Of a stretch of 12,652 bases of DNA, positions 6,529 through 12,652 are shown piece after piece. The stretch lies in the NCBI GenBank assembly GCA_049599475.1, contig JBMYOQ010000103.1:1-12652 (forward strand). Reading direction: 5' to 3'. The translations under genes were made by a program, and so were the position numbers. This stretch comes from Opitutales bacterium (lineage in GTDB: Bacteria > Verrucomicrobiota > Verrucomicrobiia > Opitutales > JABSRG01). The notes below the pieces were generated by a model. The model was not told the DNA's origin and did no database searches. It was given only the letters and a program-made list of their open reading frames with translations. Positions within the stretch are counted from its first letter, which is position 1; each line of letters begins with the position of its first letter.

Positions 6529-7957
6529 GCCAGCTCGGCTTAAGTTATCCAAAAAAAGCACTTCTTCATCCGAAGCTGCAGAGACTCCGAAGACCGAGGC
6601 ATCCGTTGCGGAGAAGCCGCCGGTAGAGGCCCCCACTCCCGAAGCGCCCACGGCAGAGGCACCCACTCAGCCAAAGAAAAGCTCAAATACACGCCCAATC
6701 TCTTTTAAGAAACGCGAAGAACCCACTTCCGAGGAAAAGGAAGAGGCTCAGACCCCTGCGCCAAAGAAGCAAATTCCCCTGAGAAAGAAGAAAGCTAAGG
6801 CCGACCCACTGCTCGATCCCGACATCGAAATCGCATTTCACGAAACCCCGAAACTAAAGCCGAAAGAAACATCTACGGAGACACCCGAAGCGCAGGAGAC
6901 CCAAAAGAAACCGCTTGGTCTCAAGAAAAAGGCCCCTGCTCAAGAGAAGGAACCGGAGTCTAGCGCCGAGGCTAAAACAAAGTCGGAAAACCCATTTAAG
7001 CCCAAATCGAGCGCGATACCCGCGGAGAGCCCAGAGCCCACAGAGGCACCTTCCAGCGAACCCAATCAGGAGACGTCAGGAGGCTTGAACCTCAAACCGA
7101 CTCCCATGCCGGCAGACGAGGATGAGAGTGAAGCTCCACCTCCCCCACTCCAGCCACGGGACGAGGAAGAAGAAACAGCTTCAGGCAGTGGTAAGAAAAC
7201 GCTCTTAGTCGCTTTTGCCCTCTTACTCATTCTCGCCCTTATGGCGGGAGGAGCGGTAATGCTAATTTTAGGCGGACTCAATAATGAGCCTGAGCAACCC
7301 GCAATAGCTCAATCCACATCCACACCAGAGGTTCAAGAGACGTCATCGACTACAGATTCCGGCAGCACGGAGGTCGCAGCTTCCGACAACAGCCCATCAG
7401 CCCTCATCAATCAGGCCAAGGCTGCCGTCGATAAGGTAAACAGCATCAATAGCACCTTCGAAGCACAACTGGATGAAGGAATTTCCCAGGCCCAACCCAA
7501 TCAATCGGTTAAGGCCACTACGCCAGACCTAGACCTGGAGTCTCTTGAGACAATTGTGGCCGACTTCCCCGACGAGACACCGCCTGAGCCAATACGCGTG
7601 GTCAACGTCGCAAATCAGTCCGTCGAAACGGAGCGCAGCGTCCTCCAAGTAGGAACGACTCCTCAGTCTGGTCAATCCAACACCCCTGGCTCCGGAACCG
7701 CCCAACAAGATCCTGCACAAGCAAGCACACAGCTGGCGAAATCCATTCCTAAAGACCCCGCCGTTACCGCATGGGTAAAGGGCTTAAAAATTCCTTCACA
7801 CAGTGAAACGATGCAGAAGATCACGACAAACAAGACAGTCTATCAAAAAGGCGATCTGGTAGACGAAGATCTGCAAATGACGCTCTTTCACGTGACGCGC
7901 AAAGCTATCTATTTTGAGGATATGCGAGGGGCGATTTACATGAAGCCCATGCAATAG
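6494..7957 (+). CDS. Bitopic membrane protein with long disordered N-terminus and GspB-like C-terminal domain
   Basis: 487 aa: about 235 aa of K/E/P-rich low complexity, a TM helix (LLVAFALLLILALMAGGAVMLIL), a S/T/Q-rich linker and a C-terminal ~67 aa that aligns by eye with the C-terminus of the preceding ORF. It overlaps the upstream gene by 35 nt. Confidence 0.75.
   Translation: MSQESDTQNDSKPARLKLSKKSTSSSEAAETPKTEASVAEKPPVEAPTPEAPTAEAPTQPKKSSNTRPISFKKREEPTSEEKEEAQTPAPKKQIPLRKKKAKADPLLDPDIEIAFHETPKLKPKETSTETPEAQETQKKPLGLKKKAPAQEKEPESSAEAKTKSENPFKPKSSAIPAESPEPTEAPSSEPNQETSGGLNLKPTPMPADEDESEAPPPPLQPRDEEEETASGSGKKTLLVAFALLLILALMAGGAVMLILGGLNNEPEQPAIAQSTSTPEVQETSSTTDSGSTEVAASDNSPSALINQAKAAVDKVNSINSTFEAQLDEGISQAQPNQSVKATTPDLDLESLETIVADFPDETPPEPIRVVNVANQSVETERSVLQVGTTPQSGQSNTPGSGTAQQDPAQASTQLAKSIPKDPAVTAWVKGLKIPSHSETMQKITTNKTVYQKGDLVDEDLQMTLFHVTRKAIYFEDMRGAIYMKPMQ
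6626..6667 (+). repeat. Three 15-bp-period coding tandem repeats (EAPT-x)
   Basis: GAGGCCCCCACT-CCC-GAAGCGCCCACG-GCA-GAGGCACCCACT encodes EAPTP EAPTA EAPT; the differences within the EAPT codons are synonymous. Confidence 0.7.
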
Positions 7958-8117
7958 TCTATTCATAGCGTTCGAGCTGAAAGCTCATGCTAAGCACGCG
8001 TCTCGATCCGCGAAATTTACTCGATATTTACAAGTCCTAATCAATCGACGATTAAGGAATTAAGAAGCCTGACGTTTTACAGAGTTCTACCGAATCAACT
8101 ATACCTCCGAATAGCTT

Positions 8118-8168
8118 TTTGTGGTTGTTAAAGCCTGTTAATTTGGTAAAAAAATAAACAGCCACAAA
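8118..8168. promoter_or_regulatory. 12-bp inverted repeat upstream of the prepilin operon (candidate operator or RNA stem)
   Basis: TTTGTGGTTGTT (8118-8129) and AACAGCCACAAA (8157-8168) are 11/12 complementary around a 27-nt AT-rich spacer. The mismatch is a G-U pair on the plus strand. Confidence 0.4.
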
Positions 8169-8252
8169 TAACACAGGTACGCCGTACCCGCTCTTATCCA
8201 GAGCGCGACAGTATCTGTGTAATCTAAGAAATCTCTCACCCAAGGATTCTCC

Positions 8253-8762
8253 GTGAAATCCTACCTCTCTCAACGTTCCTATAGTCTATCAAAGGGCTTC
8301 TCTCTCACCGAGGTCCTTATTGCGATGTTTGTATTCTCGATGACGGCTGTCTCTGTCGTCACTGGACTCATGTCCACGCGAAAATCGAGCGAACAAAACA
8401 TCTACCAGTCGAGTATCATCACCGTTGTCACAGGTTTCATTGAACAGACGAAATCGATGTCTTTCAGCGAGCTCAAAGCCCTTGCTGACGGAACAAACAG
8501 TTCGATCGAATACATCGTCAGCAATGCGAATGAAGTCACCCTGACTAACGATACCGAGACGATCCTCCAGATACCAATCGATGCAGATGACGAGGGCAAC
8601 ACCACGGTAACCGTGGACCTCTACATCCGCGTGAAAGTAAGTGATGTAGCCGATTACGATGCGGTGCAATTAGACATACTCTACGGGTATTCCGCACCCC
8701 TCTCGGACCGATACATCAGAAGTTCCTCCTCCACTATTATCTCCGATGTACCAACTTTCTAA
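8253..8762 (+). CDS. Type IV minor pilin/pseudopilin, PilV-like
   Basis: Class III signal peptide SKG|FSLTEVLIAMFVFSM with G-1, F+1, E+5 and a hydrophobic helix; 169 aa; GTG start. Confidence 0.85.
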   Translation: MKSYLSQRSYSLSKGFSLTEVLIAMFVFSMTAVSVVTGLMSTRKSSEQNIYQSSIITVVTGFIEQTKSMSFSELKALADGTNSSIEYIVSNANEVTLTNDTETILQIPIDADDEGNTTVTVDLYIRVKVSDVADYDAVQLDILYGYSAPLSDRYIRSSSSTIISDVPTF

Positions 8763-9426
8763 ATACCCCCAACGTCGCGCACCTGTATCTAAAAGCGCAT
8801 CCAAAGGATACACGCTGTCAGAAATCATGATAGCTACTTTCGTGACCAGCCTCGTTTTCACAATGGTAGCCGCAATGACAATCCAATCTGCCGAGATCAT
8901 GTTCACAACCCAAAACAAATTGGGCATCAACGCAGATATTCGAAATCTTACGCAGGACCTTTTTTCGGAGGCACGAGAGTCCAACACATTTTACCTCTAC
9001 AGCTCCATTGATTCCGAAGACCGCGACGGTATAACCGATCGCCTAAATGACGGGCAATCTGGTGACATGCTAGCACTGTTCAAATTGGAACCCTATCCGA
9101 CTTCCTCGGATCCAGAACATGTTTCGGAGATCATTATTTACCATAGAGACGCTGAAGAGGAGCAAAACGGCCCCGTCTACCGCACGGAGTATACCTTTTC
9201 GACCCCTTCCGATCCCTCCGCAAGCACTGCAGAGCAAATGATAGCGACTGCGGTGAAAGGCGGTGAAGCCATCGAAATGGTCGACCTCGCAAAAGGGCTC
9301 GCCAATGACTACCTCTTTTTTAATTCACGCGACCAATCCGTAATTGTGAACGGACAGATCATCCATGGTAACGCAGCCAAAGAAGTCACCGACACCTACA
9401 ACTTTGCGATTTCTCCAAGAGGCTAG
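8746..9426 (+). CDS. Type IV minor pilin/pseudopilin, PilW-like
   Basis: Basic leader, then SKG|YTLSEIMIATFVTSLVF (G-1, Y+1, E+5); 226 aa; overlaps the upstream gene by 17 nt. Confidence 0.85.
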   Translation: MYQLSKYPQRRAPVSKSASKGYTLSEIMIATFVTSLVFTMVAAMTIQSAEIMFTTQNKLGINADIRNLTQDLFSEARESNTFYLYSSIDSEDRDGITDRLNDGQSGDMLALFKLEPYPTSSDPEHVSEIIIYHRDAEEEQNGPVYRTEYTFSTPSDPSASTAEQMIATAVKGGEAIEMVDLAKGLANDYLFFNSRDQSVIVNGQIIHGNAAKEVTDTYNFAISPRG

Positions 9427-9432
9427 ATACTC

Positions 9433-11673
9433 ATGAATTATTCTACCCATTCCCCCAAAGGTTCGACCATACTGGTTGTCATTATTATCACAACTGGCAT
9501 CGCGCTGGTCCTGGGTTCTCTATTCACTTACACAGTCACCGAGAAACGCCTGAATGCATCTTCAGAAGCTCATCTCACCGCAAAACAAGCCTCTGAGGCC
9601 GCAGCAGAATTCGGATTTGCACAGCTCAAAGAACGTTTCGACCACCAATCTTCATTCTCTACCAACGAACTCAGCCCGAGCTTGAAGCCTCTCGAATTAC
9701 CTTCGACCTACGACAATCTCTACAGCAAAGGAAGCTCCGGCCCGGGCTCCTCCATGACCCTATCAGTCGGCAACGGAACCTGGCAAGATTGGGGCATCCC
9801 TAGCGTTGAGATACCCCAGGGAGGCTTCGACCCCACAGCCCAATGGGGCTCACAAAACCTAGAACTCATAGCAGGCGTCATCGAAACTACAGGCTGGACC
9901 TATGTAGATCCGGATACTCCAGGGAATGAGAATGACCCTCTAGCCGGATCTCAAGTCTTCGAACGCTTCGTTCAGATCTATTCCAAGGCAACGGTTACCG
10001 GTGCCCTCGGCCAGGACGTCTCTTCTTATACGACCCAGACCCTGGAGCTTCGGGACGCACCGCTCTTCGCATATGCGATATTCTACAATGGTCTGCCTAT
10101 GGAAATCGCGCCCGGCCCTCAAATGGATATCTACGGCCCAGTACACTCGAATTCTGACATCTATATCAAAGGTAATCGTCGTCTCAACTTCCACGACCGC
10201 ATCACCACTGCAGGTGACATCTACCACGGCCGCAATCCATCCCACAAAGACGATACGTCCACCAAAAACACTTACATTGCAAACGGAGCAGACGTCCTTG
10301 TCGAAATGGAGGACGGAGTAAACAGCACAGCCGATGACTGGCGAGAAACGGCTTCTCAATTGTGGGACGGCCGTGTGATGACTCGCGAGCACAGCATCAG
10401 CGAACAAAACCCTGTCGGCGTGCAGGAATACGTAGCCGATACCGACGACAGCACTGATGCCTGGGATCCGCTAAACTACGCATACAACTTGATTCAACCC
10501 GTTTTAGACTCAGACGAGCTGACTCTACCCGATCCAGCAACCGATGCTGATGCTTATGAACAAGCAGTCATCCGTTCTGAACTAGAGAAGGAAAAATACT
10601 CATACAAGGCAGGGCTCGTTCTCGAATACGACGGATCCGCAGTTAACGTATTTACCTACACACGGGACGCCGATGGCAACTTAACCTACAATGGAGACGG
10701 CACTCCGGCAAAGACAGAGCTGACTATAGATTCATCAAACCATTTCTGGGACATCAATACCGAAGGCGATTTTACCGATGCTCGAGAAGGCAGATCTCCC
10801 GACCTCATCGAAATCAATGTGGCGGCCTTGAAGGACCTTCTCGACACCAACGACGAGACCGAATGGGGAGCTGCTACCGCAGATTCCTCCGCTGCTGAAA
10901 AACCAGAAAATTTCTGGAATGGAATCATCTATATTCAGACGCCTCTCGCTTCAATGGCAACGAGTCGAGCTGACTGGGTCACTCCCGCAGACAACACTGT
11001 AGCCGTCCGCTTGTCCAAGGGCTCGGTGATTCCGAACCCTAGCTACGCGGCAGCCAATGGAAACTACGGTACAACCTTCGCGACAAATACCTACCTCTAT
11101 GTTCAAGGACACTTCAATGCAGATGGAGACCCCGATACTGGCAGCGCAACCGAACCCGATAACACAGATACCTTTGCAGATCCGGGTGAAGAGGCCCCCG
11201 CGGCCTTGGTCGCTGATGCCATAAATGTATTGAGCAATAGCTGGGACGATGATGATAGCGACGATGACGACCTGGAAGATCGCGAGGCTTCTTTCACCGA
11301 GATATCCGCAGCTTTCCTTTCCGGACAAGTTCCCTGTGGATTTAACGGGACCAAATCTTACAGTGGAGGGGTCGAGAATTTTCCTCGATTCCTCGAGGAT
11401 TGGAGTGATGTCGAGTTTCAACTAAGAGGATCCCTAGTCGCCCTTTACAACAGTGAGGTCGCAGTCGAACGATGGGGAAAATCAGATGTGTATTCTCCTC
11501 CTGATCGCGATTGGGGGTTTCATGCTAAATTCGGAAGTGAGGGCTACTACCCTCCCGGCACGCCAAACACCCGGACTTATCGCCGGGCGCGATTCACAGA
11601 CCTGAGTGCCGAACAATATGCTTTAGAAGTCAAAGAGCTGGCCGATTTGTGGGGACTAACCACCGCTTATTGA
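9433..11673 (+). CDS. Large PilX/GspK-class pilin-like protein with acidic extracellular domains
   Basis: PKG|STILVVIIITTGIALVLGSLF lacks E+5, the hallmark of PilX/GspK-class subunits. It continues with A.QASEAAAE.G (PilX N-terminal pattern) and about 680 aa of D/T/G-rich sequence. It is third in a V-W-X gene order. Confidence 0.8.
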   Translation: MNYSTHSPKGSTILVVIIITTGIALVLGSLFTYTVTEKRLNASSEAHLTAKQASEAAAEFGFAQLKERFDHQSSFSTNELSPSLKPLELPSTYDNLYSKGSSGPGSSMTLSVGNGTWQDWGIPSVEIPQGGFDPTAQWGSQNLELIAGVIETTGWTYVDPDTPGNENDPLAGSQVFERFVQIYSKATVTGALGQDVSSYTTQTLELRDAPLFAYAIFYNGLPMEIAPGPQMDIYGPVHSNSDIYIKGNRRLNFHDRITTAGDIYHGRNPSHKDDTSTKNTYIANGADVLVEMEDGVNSTADDWRETASQLWDGRVMTREHSISEQNPVGVQEYVADTDDSTDAWDPLNYAYNLIQPVLDSDELTLPDPATDADAYEQAVIRSELEKEKYSYKAGLVLEYDGSAVNVFTYTRDADGNLTYNGDGTPAKTELTIDSSNHFWDINTEGDFTDAREGRSPDLIEINVAALKDLLDTNDETEWGAATADSSAAEKPENFWNGIIYIQTPLASMATSRADWVTPADNTVAVRLSKGSVIPNPSYAAANGNYGTTFATNTYLYVQGHFNADGDPDTGSATEPDNTDTFADPGEEAPAALVADAINVLSNSWDDDDSDDDDLEDREASFTEISAAFLSGQVPCGFNGTKSYSGGVENFPRFLEDWSDVEFQLRGSLVALYNSEVAVERWGKSDVYSPPDRDWGFHAKFGSEGYYPPGTPNTRTYRRARFTDLSAEQYALEVKELADLWGLTTAY

Positions 11674-12344
11674 TGACTATGTTTAGACTCGAGATATCAC
11701 ATTTATTTTGGTCATTGCTTCTACTATTGTTCGCGTCTGCGAACTTAGGGGCTCAATCGACTGAAATTTCGGCAACTCCGGAGTCTTACATGAGCCAGAG
11801 GCAAGTCCCCCTAGTGAAGACAATCACTGAGGATACCAGCTCAGATCAAGTGCTCACTTACACCGCCCTTAAGGGGAATGGAGTCTCCATCGTCTTTTCT
11901 CAGATAAGCGGGTATACTTTCGAGCAAAACCCGGCTCCAGCGTCGGCCGCTCTAAGCCGGCAATTCATCGATGCCAAAATGGAGTTTTGGCTGCAGAGGA
12001 GTAGCCTATCCCCGGAAGACTTGGACGTGAAGCGTGTCGAAAAGCATTTCGCCTATGTGCAAAAGCAAATGCCGACCAACGCGCAGCTAGAAGTCCTACT
12101 TCAGCCAAATCCAGGCGAGCGCATCTATGATCGGTATTTCTTGCAGAAACCGTTCGAGATCGCATACAGCATCACCCAATTCGATGCTCAAGGCAAACCT
12201 CAGTCGCGCGTCGTCCACGAAAACTGGACCGCCCGAGACGGTTTCTTTCTAGCATCTCGCATCGAATGCGATGAGCAGAACTATCCCGGCCTGCTCAAAG
12301 AGGCTAGACGCCTCTGGAAAGACGCTCGACTTGTCAGCAAGTAG
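11673..12344 (+). CDS. Secreted/periplasmic hypothetical protein
   Basis: The ATG overlaps the upstream stop (TGATG, 11671-11675); an alternative ATG lies at 11679. Sec-like signal (FWSLLLLLFASANLGA|Q). No family recognised. Confidence 0.65.
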   Translation: MTMFRLEISHLFWSLLLLLFASANLGAQSTEISATPESYMSQRQVPLVKTITEDTSSDQVLTYTALKGNGVSIVFSQISGYTFEQNPAPASAALSRQFIDAKMEFWLQRSSLSPEDLDVKRVEKHFAYVQKQMPTNAQLEVLLQPNPGERIYDRYFLQKPFEIAYSITQFDAQGKPQSRVVHENWTARDGFFLASRIECDEQNYPGLLKEARRLWKDARLVSK

Positions 12345-12490
12345 TTGAGGCCATTAGGCCTACCCAGATCCAAAGCCTAGAATGGACAAGCGTCCCACCG
12401 AGCGCTGCGTTTAAGCCCATGTCGGATCCTATGCCTACTTTATTAATTGGTTTGGAATTACAATCTGGAGTTCACCAAGCGTGTAAAAGG

Positions 12491-12569
12491 AACCACGAAT
12501 GAACACTGATTCACACGAATCCCCATACTACCGCGCAGAATTCGTGTTTATTCGTGCTCATTCGTGGTT
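12491..12569. repeat. 79-bp inverted repeat whose arms are each three tandem 10-bp units (core CACGAAT)
   Basis: Left arm AACCACGAAT GAACACTGAT TCACACGAAT (12491-12520); right arm ATTCGTGTTT ATTCGTGCTC ATTCGTGGTT (12540-12569). The arms are 25/30 complementary, the outer 12 bp are perfect, and the spacer is 19 bp. Confidence 0.9.
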
Positions 12570-12652
12570 AACACAAAGCTGGGCATCGATTTAACAAATT
12601 ATACCGATTCTAAAAATTAAAGAGCCTTAAGGTTGTCTAAGAAGCGTTTACT

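Noticed and set aside
8052..8273. 73-aa minus-strand ORF in the pre-pilin gap
   Set aside because: It has no recognisable motif, overlaps the pilV-like start in antisense, and the region looks regulatory.
9940..11421. ORFs nested in the large pilin gene (9940-10407, 10001-10321, 10951-11421 and others)
   Set aside because: They are shadow frames of a continuous 746-aa ORF, and there is no sign of a frameshift.
12348..12361. AGGCC-ATTA-GGCCT hairpin as terminator after the last CDS
   Set aside because: The stem is only 5 bp and has no following U tract.
12491..12569. CRISPR array
   Set aside because: The units are 10 bp, directly abutting and inverted between arms. There are no unique 25-45 bp spacers between direct repeats and no cas genes.

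Overview
Gene-dense, intact-looking bacterial chromosomal window; gene content and protein styles suggest Verrucomicrobiota (Opitutales-like), which is an inference. Two divergent blocks meet at about 4341-4522. The minus-strand block encodes an FtsB/DivIC-like septum protein, a eukaryote-type UDP-GlcNAc pyrophosphorylase and a phosphohexomutase, and ends in a strand-specific intrinsic terminator. The plus-strand block encodes a short ExeA/MshM-like AAA ATPase, a KdsC-like HAD phosphatase and two bitopic membrane proteins sharing a GspB/ExeB-like C-terminal domain. After a 295-bp gap come three prepilin-leader genes (PilV/PilW/PilX-like) and a translationally coupled secreted hypothetical protein. 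The PilX-like protein is 746 aa, with motifs resembling cyanobacterial HpsA. Non-coding DNA at both ends carries small repeats: GTAG-type REP-like palindromes at the left, and at the right a 79-bp inverted repeat built from tandem 10-bp CACGAAT units. The most interesting candidates are the type IV filament tip/ExeAB-like module beside sugar-nucleotide genes and the tandem-unit inverted repeat.
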